From: Acidobacteriota bacterium
GTDB taxonomy: Bacteria > Acidobacteriota > UBA6911 > JACQSX01
Assembly: GCA_016211105.1 (NCBI GenBank)
Contig: JACQSX010000010.1
Location: 212,913 to 276,912 of the forward strand
DNA length: 64,000 nucleotides
Direction of reading: 5' to 3'
Shown piece after piece: positions 52,133 to 62,379 of the stretch. Under the pieces are notes generated by a model. It made no database searches and was not told where the DNA came from. It saw only the letters and a program-made list of their open reading frames with translations. Positions within the stretch are counted from its first letter, which is position 1, and each line of letters opens with the position of its first letter. Made by a program: the position numbers and the translations under genes.

Positions 52133-53542
52133 CTACTTTCTCCTTGAAACCGGTGTGGTCGATACCTGTTGCAGAAAAGGCCTCAGGTCGCCCTGAGCCT
52201 TTGCCATCCCGAGCAGCGCCCGCCACACTGCCAGCCGGGCAACGGCATCGTCGATCTCAGCCTGTACGAGCAGTCTTTGCGCTTCAGCCACTTCGACCAC
52301 CGTCGCCAGACCCGCTTCATATCTGGCGCGCGCCCGAGTCTCGGTCTCTCGGGCCGCGTTCAGTTGGACAGGTGTATTTTCAGCGATGCGGCGAGCGGCA
52401 TCGAGCAGGGCCCGGGCCCGAGCCTCTCCCGCTTTAAGGCCCAGCACGGTCTGATCATAATGAGCCCTTTCCGCTGCTTCATTGTTGGCCTCGATCCGCT
52501 TACGGTCGCGGATTGCAAAAACGTCAAAGACCGGAAAGGTAACCGTGAGGCCGGCTGCCCAATTGGGGACGTCCGGCAACAGTCCCTCGTCTCCCCCCAG
52601 TCTCCCGTCGAGTCGAGCGCCGGTTCCACGGCCATAATATGCGGATTGAAAACTGAAACGCGGAAAGTACGAGCGATCCCATATGCGTTTCCTGGCATGC
52701 GCTGCTTCAACTGAAGCCGCCTGCGCCAGAGCCAGCGGATGAGCATCAAACTTCGCGATCGCGACGGGGCTGTCGACGGGGAGATCCAGCAACGGGCCGG
52801 GGTCGAGACTCAACGACGGCCCCAGGACACCGAGCGCCTCAGCCAGCGTGGCACGACCGATTTCAGCGGCCTGTTGAGCCTGAATGGATTGTGTTTTCGC
52901 GGCCGCAAGCTCGGCGTCCGCGCGGGACGCATCCGCGCCCGGGCGGAGTTCATTCGCTACGAGGACATGAACAGACCGGGCAAAGACTTCCAGCCGTTCA
53001 ACGTTTGCCTGAGTCGCCTGGACCTCCTGCTGGGCCGCTAGTAGCGTGAGGAACGCGTCTGCAGCCGTCGTCGCTATATCAAGCCGCGTGACATCTGTGG
53101 CCGCGTTGGCCTGCCGCTCCAGCGCGCGTCCTAAATCGACGTTGGCCTTCCTCAATCCGAAATCAAAAGGTTCCCACGACAGCAGCGTCCCCCCGGCGCT
53201 TCCCCACGTGCTCACATAAGAGCTGGTTCCCAGGACCGGTCCTGAAATTGAGGGAATAATCGATTGGGGGAGAAGAAGGCCAAACACGTTATTCCTGGTT
53301 GCCCGATTTTCCTGCCACAGCAAATCCAGGCGGGGCAGGTAAGCGGTGCGCGCCAGATCAACGCCTGCGCCCGCGGCAGCGGCTCTGGCGCGGCTGGCCC
53401 GAATCGCGGGGTAGTTCCTGGTCGCAAAATCCACGGCGGCGCTCAGGGATAAGGGCTGCGGCGGGGCGTCCTGTGCCAAAGAAAGTGCGGCCGACATCAG
53501 ACAGACCACAAAGGTATACAGGAAGCGCTGCAGGGTCAGCAT
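52133..53542 (-). CDS. TolC family outer membrane efflux protein
   Basis: Signal peptide, [29 protein letters not shown] before 53542. Confidence 0.93.
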   Translation of the reverse strand: MLTLQRFLYTFVVCLMSAALSLAQDAPPQPLSLSAAVDFATRNYPAIRASRARAAAAGAGVDLARTAYLPRLDLLWQENRATRNNVFGLLLPQSIIPSISGPVLGTSSYVSTWGSAGGTLLSWEPFDFGLRKANVDLGRALERQANAATDVTRLDIATTAADAFLTLLAAQQEVQATQANVERLEVFARSVHVLVANELRPGADASRADAELAAAKTQSIQAQQAAEIGRATLAEALGVLGPSLSLDPGPLLDLPVDSPVAIAKFDAHPLALAQAASVEAAHARKRIWDRSYFPRFSFQSAYYGRGTGARLDGRLGGDEGLLPDVPNWAAGLTVTFPVFDVFAIRDRKRIEANNEAAERAHYDQTVLGLKAGEARARALLDAARRIAENTPVQLNAARETETRARARYEAGLATVVEVAEAQRLLVQAEIDDAVARLAVWRALLGMAKAQGDLRPFLQQVSTTPVSRRK

Positions 53543-53544
53543 CG

Positions 53545-54522
53545 TCAAGTACGAACCTCCTTCGGTAAATTGGTGGAAAGCTTCCTGTTGCTTCCGGCCA
53601 GCGCTCGGGAGAGACCTTCGAAGAGGGTGATCCCGTGCGATTCCAGTTCCGCGTCCGAAAGCCCTGCCAGTAGCCATCCCTTCAGGATGGCGTCAACACC
53701 GGCAGCTTCCGGTCGAGCATAATGGCCGTCGCGAAGATCAATCTCGTGGATGATTTCTGCAATGGGGCGTACGGACGGTTCGTTCAAGCCGAATGCGGCG
53801 ACCATGACCTCGAAAGTGCAAAGGTTTCCAAGATGGCCAAAGTGGGCCTTGCTCATGTCGAAGCTGATCTCGTGGGATTCCGGTTTCAGCGAGTAACGAA
53901 TTGAGGCCTTCGGGTTTATGAACCGCCGAATCAGCCAGGCGCACGCCAGGCGGTCGACGTGGGGACGCGGGCGTGTAACCCAGCGCTTCCTCCGATACTC
54001 GGAAACGGCCTCCGGAGTAACGTTTGCCGCAGGATCTCCGATCGGGAAAAGGGCCTGCTGAAATTCTGCCAGTCTCGACCCAAGGCGAGCGCCGGACGGC
54101 GACTCGAAGAAATCCACTCGACCAATATCACTGTGGCGCTTGCGAAGTTTTCGAAGGCCGTCCAGGATACGGCTGGGCTCCTTGAGCTTCTTCCCGGCGG
54201 CTCCGGACTTCTTCAATTGGGCCAGCTCCAGCTCGATCTGACGATAATCGTGGTCCCGCGCCTCGCGGAAAAGCCGGATCAACTGGGTATCGCTCAGCCC
54301 GTCAAAACGATCGACGCGCATGACCAGAGCATCCCCCTGGAACTGACGAACTTCCTGGGCAAGCCATTGAAAGGCTTCCACGCACTCGTCACGCAGGGGG
54401 AGAACGTGGGAGCCGCCGGTCAGTCGAATTGCGCCCAGGCGGCGCAGGCGGCGCCAGAGTGAGACCCGGTCGCTGGAACTGCGGTCGGACGGCAGAGAAT
54501 AGGAAAAGACAATCCAGTCCAT
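53545..54522 (-). CDS. chrB: ChrB-domain (chromate resistance) regulator
   Basis: WRRLRRLGA, WVTRPRPHVDRLACAWLIRRFI, CTFE. Confidence 0.9.
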   Translation of the reverse strand: MDWIVFSYSLPSDRSSSDRVSLWRRLRRLGAIRLTGGSHVLPLRDECVEAFQWLAQEVRQFQGDALVMRVDRFDGLSDTQLIRLFREARDHDYRQIELELAQLKKSGAAGKKLKEPSRILDGLRKLRKRHSDIGRVDFFESPSGARLGSRLAEFQQALFPIGDPAANVTPEAVSEYRRKRWVTRPRPHVDRLACAWLIRRFINPKASIRYSLKPESHEISFDMSKAHFGHLGNLCTFEVMVAAFGLNEPSVRPIAEIIHEIDLRDGHYARPEAAGVDAILKGWLLAGLSDAELESHGITLFEGLSRALAGSNRKLSTNLPKEVRT

Positions 54523-54865
54523 CCCAGTGAGTGTATTATTCGTTTCAGCATGATGCAACAACTATTGCAATAAAATCAAAATCTATTATCAAGATGGCGT
54601 CGGAAGGCACCTTCACATTCCTTGCCGCCGCCAATCAGAAGCGTCGTCGATTGATTTGGACCAGGTTAGCTGGCATCAAAAGCGAGACTGTCCGAGTAAG
54701 ATTTTTCCACTTTCAAGCTCAACGAGTTATAAGTGGAAAAGCCGTCCCAGCGCACCGTTCTGAAGCTGCTCAGACTTGGATCGGGACGGCGGGGATCGAT
54801 CGGCCCTGGACCGGGTTCCGGAATAAAGCGTAAGAGCCTGGATGTTATCGATTCGAGTCAGCAGA

Positions 54866-54901
54866 GTTTCCGCGATCAGATGATCGCGGCCCCATTGAAG
54901 C
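54866..54901 (+). CRISPR. solitary CRISPR repeat variant A
   Basis: GTTTCCGCGATCAGATGATCGCGGCCCCATTGAAGC; 32/36 to the array repeat, stem and handle intact. Confidence 0.9.
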
Positions 54902-54964
54902 TGCAGTTCCCAAGAGATTGAGTATTGGCCAAGTGTGTGAGATATTGAAACCAGGATTAAGACT

Positions 54965-55171
54965 ATGAAATTCGTCATTACGATTTTTCAGGACGAGGAC
55001 GGGATGTTTGTCGCTGAGTGCCCCTCGATTCCCGGCTGTATCAGTCAGGGCAAGACCGAGCGGGAAGCCGAGCAGAATATTCGTGAGGCCATTAAAGAGT
55101 GTCTAGCAATGCGTGCTGAGAACGGGTTGCCACTAACGGTCAAAACGTGTGAAGTTGAAGTCGCCGTCTAA
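54965..55171 (+). CDS. hicB: HicB antitoxin
   Basis: DEDGMFVAECPSIPGCISQGKT. Confidence 0.9.
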   Translation: MKFVITIFQDEDGMFVAECPSIPGCISQGKTEREAEQNIREAIKECLAMRAENGLPLTVKTCEVEVAV

Positions 55172-55405
55172 TGCCTCCTGTCCCGATTCTGAAGCCTCAA
55201 GAGGTTGTCCGAACCTTTGAGAATCCTGGGATGGACGGTTGCACGCCGGCGCGGAAGTCACATCATCCTCACAAAAGAAGGTCATATCGCCACTCTCTCC
55301 GTGCCCAATCATTCCGAAGTCGCTCGTGGCACGCTACGAAGCTTGATCGCGCGCCAAAAACAAATATACTGGAAACACGAATTCTTTTGCGGTAGTTTCT
55401 CTTAG
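55171..55405 (+). pseudogene. hicA: HicA toxin, frameshifted
   Basis: MPPVPILKPQEVVRTFE / GW...RRRGSHIIL...SVPNH.EVARGTLRSLI. Confidence 0.85.
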
Positions 55406-55431
55406 CCCAATCAAGATGAGAGGTTGAATCG

Positions 55432-56505
55432 ATGACCGACAACAAAGCCGAGGCTAAGAAGATTAGTATGACAAGCACCAAGCAAGAAATGCTGGATGCC
55501 TACAACACGCTTCTGAAGCAGCTTCAGGAAAAGCGCCAGACAGAATTGAAACCAGAACAGAGAGTCGAGGAAAAGAAGGTCAGGGAGGCGATAAAAGTCG
55601 CCGATTCTCTGTCCACGGAAGGCGTGGTGAAAGAGATCAGCAGCCTGCGGTTGGAAGTCGGAAAAATGCTGGCGCAGCTTTCCGACAGGCTGGAGGAAGA
55701 AGTCCACAAATATCAGGGCATTCAGCAAGCTTTTGAGATCAAACAGCAGGAACTTAAGGAAGTATATGAGATCGAAAGATCGGCAGCAACCTTGGCTGCA
55801 TTGATAGAAGCGCAGCGCCAGAAGCAGGAGGGATTCGAAGCCGAAATGGCTTCCAGGAAAGAAGCGCTGCAGTCGGAAATCGACATGATGCGCGCGGAGT
55901 GGAAAAAAGAAAAGGAACTTCGTGACCTGGAGCTTAAGGAGCAACTGGCAGCCGAGGCGAAAAGGCGTGAGCGGGAAAAGGAAGAATACCAATACGTTTT
56001 CAAGCGAGAGCAGCGACTGACAAAGGACAGCTTTGAAGACGAAAAAGCCAGGCTTGAAAAAGATATCGCGCTGAAAAAGGAAGCAATGGAGAAAGAGTTG
56101 GCGGAAAGGGAGAAAGTTCTGAGCCGGAGGGAAGAGGAGCTCAACGAACTACGGGCAAGAGTGAACGCCTTTCCAAAGGAAATGGAAAAGGCCGTCGGCG
56201 AGGCGGTCAGGGAAGCGACGGCAAGAGTGCAAGTGGAAGCCAAGAACAGGGAGGAACTGTCGAAGAAGGAGTTTGAGGGTGAACGCAAGGTTCTGGCCAC
56301 GCGCATCGAGTCTCTGGAACAGGGGGTGAAGGAGCAAAACGAACAGATTGCGAAGCTCTCGCAGAGGCTGGAAAAAGCGTATCAGCAGGTCCAGGACATT
56401 GCGGTAAAGGCCGTGGAGAGTTCTTCAAATTCCAAATCGATCTCAGCCCTGCAGCAATTGGTCGCCGAGCAGAGCCGCAAGCAGCCGCCGGAGAGGGAAC
56501 GCTAG
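55432..56505 (+). CDS. long coiled-coil protein of unknown function
   Basis: 357 aa, E/K/Q/R-rich heptads; GAGG RBS. Confidence 0.85.
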   Translation: MTDNKAEAKKISMTSTKQEMLDAYNTLLKQLQEKRQTELKPEQRVEEKKVREAIKVADSLSTEGVVKEISSLRLEVGKMLAQLSDRLEEEVHKYQGIQQAFEIKQQELKEVYEIERSAATLAALIEAQRQKQEGFEAEMASRKEALQSEIDMMRAEWKKEKELRDLELKEQLAAEAKRREREKEEYQYVFKREQRLTKDSFEDEKARLEKDIALKKEAMEKELAEREKVLSRREEELNELRARVNAFPKEMEKAVGEAVREATARVQVEAKNREELSKKEFEGERKVLATRIESLEQGVKEQNEQIAKLSQRLEKAYQQVQDIAVKAVESSSNSKSISALQQLVAEQSRKQPPERER

Positions 56506-56540
56506 GATCGCGCGAGCACCACGCGCGCTACCGGGTTGGA

Positions 56541-59435
56541 TCAGAATTTAAGCCGTAACTGCATTTCAACTCGTCGGTTGCCCGCTCCCGCAGCAGGTCC
56601 GTAGCTGTCCGCAAGCGTATTTGCATTCCCGAAAAAGGGTGAAGTTAAATTGCCGATGAGTGTCCCTGGGTTCGTGTGATTCAACAGATTCCGGACAGAA
56701 ACAGAGAATATCAAGTTGTACCGTTTTTCAGAGAGGGTGTCGGTCAAGATGCTGCGCATTCCCCCTTCTTCCCCGGACGAAGTACCTCCTTTCGACTTTT
56801 CGCTCTTGCTACCAAAACCGAAAGTCCTACTTAAGCGCAGGTTTACTGTGAAATAGCCGGGCGCGAAACCGTAGTTGCGGGGGATGATTTCTTTCTCGGG
56901 CGTAGGATTCGGATTGAACGCTCCGAAAGGGGTAACGATGGCGCTGTCTTTGATGAGATCGGCGGCAAATCCAGGACGGTCTGTAAGCAGCGTGTCTCCG
57001 TTTGCGTCGACACCGGTAGTGATGTTGAAAGGCACTCCCGAGCGCGCAACGATAAACGGGCTGAACTTAAAGCCGCGCGGCCCCAGGATCGAAGCGCCTA
57101 GAACGAAGCGGTGCCTCTCATCCAGGACCGAGCGCCCGTACTCCATGCTATCGTCATACGAATCGGCCGGGAAGGTCGTCGGGCCATCCGTGCTGCTGTT
57201 GGCGTAATTCAACAAGTACAACGCGAAAAGCGTCACATTCCGGTTGAAGCGGCTGTTCACAGTGGTGTTCCACTGCCTTTGGTTAAGAACACCAACCGAT
57301 TCGTACAAGAAAACGGTGCCCGAACCGTAAGGCCGAATTCCGCTGGTCGAAATGCCCGGGACAAACGTTCCTGGCAAAGGGGCGTTGATGTTGCGAGACC
57401 GCAAGAGGTGCAGGCCGCGGAAGTTAGAGAAGGTGCTGGCGATCGTCGTGCTGAAAGGCAATAGGCGCTCGATCCCAATTGAGGTTTCCATGATGTAAGG
57501 CGCGCGTAAATCAGAAGCCACGCGCCGGATCGTTGGCTGGGCGGTTAAGGTCTGGACCGGGGGCGCCGTCGGGAAGAAATCGGGATTGCGTACAACGTAT
57601 TGCTGCTGATTCAAACCGTTTAACCGGATCGCCTGCAGCGTTAGCTTTTCGCTGAAGCGATCGTAAAAGGTTCCAAAGCCGACTCGCACTGTAGTTTTCC
57701 TTCGCTCAGAAGCACCCGGAGCCCATGCAAGACGGATCCGCGGCGCAAAATCCTTCCAGTCGGGGATGTTGTTTTGCGCTTCATAGCGCAGGCCTAGGCC
57801 CAGCAGGAAGTTCGGGCGGATTCGCCAATCGTCCTGCATAAAGACGCCCAGGTCCACCTGGCTCACCTCCGCTTTCGGGTCGCCGGCCGTTATGGAAAAC
57901 TGGGTGGCGCCGCCGCCGAGCGCGCGGATTTGCTCCGCCGTCAGGCCCTCCCCCTGAAAGAGAAGGGTGCGGCGATACCGTTCAATCGGCGTGATCGATG
58001 CCAACACAGGCTGACCCGCCGTATCACGCACGACTTGGTTGGCCATGTCCAATTGCGGCGCGGAGCCGCCGGAAAACCGGAACGTACCCCCGAAATTCTG
58101 CGGCGAAATATCGGAAATGGAGGTGGAGCGTAAGCGCCCGCCCCATCTGAGTGAGTGAGCGCCGAGGACGAAATAGGTGTTGTTTTGAAATTCCCATCGA
58201 TCCTGAGTGAGAAAGGAGTGCCCAATTTCCGAGCCACCTCCTGTGAAGGCCTCACTCACGCTGATGGTGGGCACGGAGTTGTCGCCAAGCTGATCCGTGG
58301 CAGTCCGCACGAACTGAAGGCGCGTTTCATTGATCACTCTCGAGCTGAGCAGTGCAGTTTCCGTCAGTTGAAGGAGGTGTTCGGTTTCCGAGGTGTTGTA
58401 GGCACGCGAGAGCAGCGAGAAGTCTCCAATACCGGCGTTTTCACGGCCCATGTGTGTATACATATAGCGCGCCACCAGCGTGTGGTTTTGACTCCACTGG
58501 TAATCCACACGAGGACTCATGCTAATGCGACGCTGCGGCGTGAAAACTTCTTGGCGAAGCGGTGTGACGTTCAGAGCAGGATCGAGAATGGTCGCGCTAA
58601 TCACGGCCTCCGCGTCGAGCTCCCGCCTTTCCAGGTCCACAGAGAACGAAGCGCGTTTTTTCAGCGGGCCGCTCAACCTTCCCCCCAAAAGCCTCTCCTG
58701 AAAAACCGGGCGCTTGGAGGCATAGAACGGGTTGCGTGCATTAAAATAGCCGTCCCCAAAATTGAAGAACGCCTCGCCGCGGAACTTATCCGAGCCTGGC
58801 TTCGTGAAAACTTCGATCCGTCCGAAACCCACGCGATCATATGCAGCCGAAAAGGGGTTTTGATTGGTGCGGAACTCGCGAATGGACGTTTTTGATGGCA
58901 GGCGACCCCCACTAAATCCATCCACAAAGAGTTGGGTGCCCTGCGGACCCGCGGAGGCCCCCGACAGTGCCTCCAAATCTGCGGCGAGGTCGTCGAGGTC
59001 CTCGGGCAGTGCCTCGAAATCGGAGCCTGGGAGGGCGACTGCGCCCCCCCGAAAGGGGGTTTCCTGGAGTAAGGTGATTTCCTGTTCTATTGCCGCGAGG
59101 CTCAGCGAAATGGGAAGAATGGTGACGCGCCCCGCGGTGATCTCCACCGCCGTGTTTTCATACGGCGCAAAGCTGCGAAAAAAGGCGCGAACCGTATACC
59201 TTCCCGGTGCAAGCCCACGGAAAACATATGCGCCTGTCTCGTCGGTGGTGAGCGTCCTTGTGTTCCCTCGGGAATCCGTCACCGTTACAGTGGCGCCGGG
59301 GATGACCCCTCCTGTGAGATCAAAGACCCGTCCTTGCACCGTGTCAGTCACCTGCTGCGCTAACGCTGCGTCCACGACAAGCGGCAGCGTGAGCAGCAAG
59401 ACACAGATCTGGAATATTTTTTTCGATTCGGACAT
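56541..59435 (-). CDS. TonB-dependent-receptor-like outer membrane protein with carboxypeptidase-regulatory-like domain
   Basis: GRVFDLTGGVIPGATVTV; QDDWR; GLRYE; C-terminal F. Confidence 0.9.
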   Translation of the reverse strand: MSESKKIFQICVLLLTLPLVVDAALAQQVTDTVQGRVFDLTGGVIPGATVTVTDSRGNTRTLTTDETGAYVFRGLAPGRYTVRAFFRSFAPYENTAVEITAGRVTILPISLSLAAIEQEITLLQETPFRGGAVALPGSDFEALPEDLDDLAADLEALSGASAGPQGTQLFVDGFSGGRLPSKTSIREFRTNQNPFSAAYDRVGFGRIEVFTKPGSDKFRGEAFFNFGDGYFNARNPFYASKRPVFQERLLGGRLSGPLKKRASFSVDLERRELDAEAVISATILDPALNVTPLRQEVFTPQRRISMSPRVDYQWSQNHTLVARYMYTHMGRENAGIGDFSLLSRAYNTSETEHLLQLTETALLSSRVINETRLQFVRTATDQLGDNSVPTISVSEAFTGGGSEIGHSFLTQDRWEFQNNTYFVLGAHSLRWGGRLRSTSISDISPQNFGGTFRFSGGSAPQLDMANQVVRDTAGQPVLASITPIERYRRTLLFQGEGLTAEQIRALGGGATQFSITAGDPKAEVSQVDLGVFMQDDWRIRPNFLLGLGLRYEAQNNIPDWKDFAPRIRLAWAPGASERRKTTVRVGFGTFYDRFSEKLTLQAIRLNGLNQQQYVVRNPDFFPTAPPVQTLTAQPTIRRVASDLRAPYIMETSIGIERLLPFSTTIASTFSNFRGLHLLRSRNINAPLPGTFVPGISTSGIRPYGSGTVFLYESVGVLNQRQWNTTVNSRFNRNVTLFALYLLNYANSSTDGPTTFPADSYDDSMEYGRSVLDERHRFVLGASILGPRGFKFSPFIVARSGVPFNITTGVDANGDTLLTDRPGFAADLIKDSAIVTPFGAFNPNPTPEKEIIPRNYGFAPGYFTVNLRLSRTFGFGSKSEKSKGGTSSGEEGGMRSILTDTLSEKRYNLIFSVSVRNLLNHTNPGTLIGNLTSPFFGNANTLADSYGPAAGAGNRRVEMQLRLKF

Positions 59436-59468
59436 GCTTGCTGTATCTTCGAGGTCTGTCTCAGATGC

Positions 59469-60731
59469 TCAAGGCAAGCTGATATCAAAGAAATTCCATA
59501 TACCTTCGGTTTGCGGTTGGCCCGCCGGTGCGGCGCTCAGGAGCGGCTCGGCGCCCGCGAGCAGCACAATGGCCGTGACACGGGACGGCTCCGCCCCTAC
59601 CGTGAACGAAACGAGAATGGTTTCGCCTCGCTTCAATTCGGCAAACGGCAGTGCAGGCATCCGGTCAAAGTCCATCCCGCCACCCCCGCCCATCATCCCC
59701 CCACTCGTCGTGCGTGGCCGCGATTCGGAGGTGGGCGCATTCGGCTGGGGCGATCGGCGAGGTGGCGCGCCTGGCTGCGCCCCCTCGCTTGGCTTCCCTT
59801 CGGATCCAGCATTGCCTGTGGTTCCGACGCCCCTGCTGCCTGCTTGTGGGCGGTTGGCCATCGGAGCCGCCATCGTCGCGGGAATGCGACGTATCATGGA
59901 ATCGGAGTTAATCCGAACGGTGAGCGGCTTCTTGGTTTGTAAATCGTTAATCTTAATCTCGCCGGCGGTAGCGTCGATGGCATTGATAATTCCGGCAATA
60001 GTGCGGACGGAGCCCGAGACAATCTCTTCCGGCTTAATGCGACTGCCGTCAGCGTTCTTTTCACCGAGAACGCGAAGGGAGTCTCCGACTTTGAGCTCGG
60101 CAAATGAACTTGGCTTGGCCTCGCGAAAACGGACTGAATCCGGCGCGTAGCGGCGAACGATCACCTTCTCCGCCGACTCAATGACCACGGCTCTGGTCCC
60201 TTCAGGCGAGCGGACCGACAATGTAATCTGTTTGGTTTCCGGATTGAGCGCTGAGATGGTGCCGGCAACGGCACGCTTCTGCCACTCCTCACGTTCACGC
60301 TCCTGTTTCCGCGCCAGCTCCGCTTTGGTTATCACAATGACGGCCACCGCGGGAAGCGACTTCGTATCTTCCGCCATGTGCCCCCGCGCATACACGCGGT
60401 CGCCCACACCGACTTCGGCGGGCGTGATCTTGACTGCCTTCTTTAGATCCGTTTCGCCTGGCGGCAGACGCAGACAAAGAGTCCTCTCCTGGAAAATGAC
60501 AGTGACCGTGCCGCCAGCGTCCGCCTTGACTGTAATCTGTTTTGCCGATGGATCCGTGGCCGTTACCTCCCCAATCACGCGTTCCAGGGAAGTGCCCGCA
60601 TTTTCGACGTTTTCCTGAACTGGCGCCGGCTCTAGAAACTGCACATTTCCAGGAACTACGGCAGCACTCAAGACTGCTAGTAGGGATAGAATTCCAGCTC
60701 GCCTCGACATTTGAACGCTGATCCCTCTCAT
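59469..60731 (-). CDS. exported protein with repeated OB-fold-like (DUF5666-like) domains
   Basis: Signal peptide; repeated G.V.A.D...ITV and LKVGD units. Confidence 0.75.
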   Translation of the reverse strand: MRGISVQMSRRAGILSLLAVLSAAVVPGNVQFLEPAPVQENVENAGTSLERVIGEVTATDPSAKQITVKADAGGTVTVIFQERTLCLRLPPGETDLKKAVKITPAEVGVGDRVYARGHMAEDTKSLPAVAVIVITKAELARKQEREREEWQKRAVAGTISALNPETKQITLSVRSPEGTRAVVIESAEKVIVRRYAPDSVRFREAKPSSFAELKVGDSLRVLGEKNADGSRIKPEEIVSGSVRTIAGIINAIDATAGEIKINDLQTKKPLTVRINSDSMIRRIPATMAAPMANRPQAGSRGVGTTGNAGSEGKPSEGAQPGAPPRRSPQPNAPTSESRPRTTSGGMMGGGGGMDFDRMPALPFAELKRGETILVSFTVGAEPSRVTAIVLLAGAEPLLSAAPAGQPQTEGIWNFFDISLP

Positions 60732-60852
60732 CTCTGCTTATCGGCGAGGGCTAGAAGAACCCGACGATCTCAGAATACAAAAACCGATCCGCTAACGAAG
60801 TTAGATTAGTATAACACACGGCCTTGTGCGGTAAATGGGTAGGATGACAGCG

Positions 60853-60888
60853 GGTTCCGCGATCAATTGATCGCGGAACCATTGAAGC
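60853..60888 (+). CRISPR. solitary CRISPR repeat variant B preceded by leader-like sequence
   Basis: GGTTCCGCGATCAATTGATCGCGGAACCATTGAAGC; 32/36 to the array repeat. Confidence 0.9.
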
Positions 60889-60975
60889 CGTACGAGAGGA
60901 AGCGACGCGAAAAAAGCCCTCCCGTCTTCCTCCCATTTTCCTTGGTAATCATTGCGTGATCCTTGGGGTCGGTTC

Positions 60976-61926
60976 TCAGGGGGTGGACTCAGGCGCAGGG
61001 GCGCCAAATTTGATGTTGGCCTTCACTTCAAACTTCTTGTAATCCTCGTACGTGATGATCTCGCGAATGTGCACCTCATTCATGTAGCCGCCGGGGCTGC
61101 CGCCCCGCCTTGGCCCCGGAAGGGGCAGGGGCAAGGGCAGGGGGAACGGCATGCCCGTTCCCATGGAGGGGCCGCCTCGCCCTTCGAAGCGGAGACGCTC
61201 GTCGGCCATGGTCCAGACGGGGAACCAGTATTTCTTGTCGATCATCTGTCGGATCGTTTCGAAGCGCGGAAATTTGTTTTCTCTGGTCTGGGGAATTGCT
61301 CTCCCGTCGGTTTTTACAATCTGAAAGTCGACGTCGTCTACCCAGATCTTTCCCTCGAAGTAACGCTTGCCGTTGTCGATGTGGCGTGGCTTGACTGAAA
61401 AGACATAGGTATTCAACTCGTCGGCCTTCTCCTTACCGCGATACTTGACCTCGTATTGGGGCAAGTCCTCGGCAGTCAGGACAAAGGGCTGGATACTGGC
61501 CGCATCGTCAATGTCTTCCTGGGTCATGGCAACGGAGTAAAGCTCCCCTTCGTCCAGCAACGTCCGTTGCTCCCGCTTACCTTGGTTGGTAAAGTACGTT
61601 TCAATCAGCATCTGTCGCTCCTCTGTGACGTAGCCGTTCTTGTCCAGCACCTGCACGATCATCCGCGTTTTGTAGGTATACGACTGACGCGCCAGCTTGA
61701 ATTCGGACTCTTTCGCGGCAAAGCGGCGTATGATTTCTTCCGCAGAAGGATCCGCCGCCGGGAGACCGACGTCGCAGAGAAGAACGGTGATGACTGCCGT
61801 GGCCAGTGCCCCGAGGCTTCGAGCGATGCCAGATCTGCCGCTACGCATGGGAACGGATCTTCTCACAGTGGCGCCTGCGCCGCAAGTTTGGTGCAACCGG
61901 TTTCTCATCTGTGACCTGTCGCTCAT
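60976..61926 (-). CDS. exported protein, outer-membrane lipoprotein-sorting-like (start uncertain)
   Basis: YVFSVKP...YFEGKIWVDDVDFQIVK. Confidence 0.75.
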   Translation of the reverse strand: MSDRSQMRNRLHQTCGAGATVRRSVPMRSGRSGIARSLGALATAVITVLLCDVGLPAADPSAEEIIRRFAAKESEFKLARQSYTYKTRMIVQVLDKNGYVTEERQMLIETYFTNQGKREQRTLLDEGELYSVAMTQEDIDDAASIQPFVLTAEDLPQYEVKYRGKEKADELNTYVFSVKPRHIDNGKRYFEGKIWVDDVDFQIVKTDGRAIPQTRENKFPRFETIRQMIDKKYWFPVWTMADERLRFEGRGGPSMGTGMPFPLPLPLPLPGPRRGGSPGGYMNEVHIREIITYEDYKKFEVKANIKFGAPAPESTP

Positions 61927-62108
61927 TAAATTGGTTTCGTGCCTTTAGTTAAAGATGCGACAAAGCCTGGGGAGGTTCAACAACTCCTGGAAATTTCCGA
62001 GCGTATTGACCGAACGGGCACGCTTCATGCGCCGGAATTCCTCTGCCATGCTGCCCGGGTCGATGCTGGTGCGCCTGCATCGAAGACGTTGCTGCTTCCG
62101 GTATCTGA

Positions 62109-62379
62109 GTGCCTCGATTCATAAATACGATAACATTTGCTGATGAGGCTTGCGAGGCGAGATCCAGGAGCGAGGAGGAGTCGATGTGGGGACATCGTCG
62201 ACGACGAGGTGCGCCGAGATCGCCCGCAACCCCACCAGCCCGGCGGGTTGCGGCGGGATGGCCCCGCTTTCTTTGTCGCTCCTCCTCGCCAATGAGCCCT
62301 GCATTGACTCGTCGTCGCTTCGCGAAATCAGGCCCATCGCGCTCGCAACCAACGTTATCGTACTTATGAATCGAGGTAC
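62109..62379. mobile_element. 271-bp non-autonomous MITE
   Basis: 29-bp terminal inverted repeats (26/29 match); TGA duplicated at 62106-62108 and 62380-62382. Confidence 0.8.

Noticed and set aside
54554..54569. TGCAA-N6-TTGCA upstream of chrB as operator
   Set aside because: Plausible, but 5-bp arms are too weak to call
58864..60150. 428-aa plus-strand ORF and similar long shadow ORFs (48794-49696, 21938-22792, 58155-58895)
   Set aside because: Antisense to well-supported genes; no motifs
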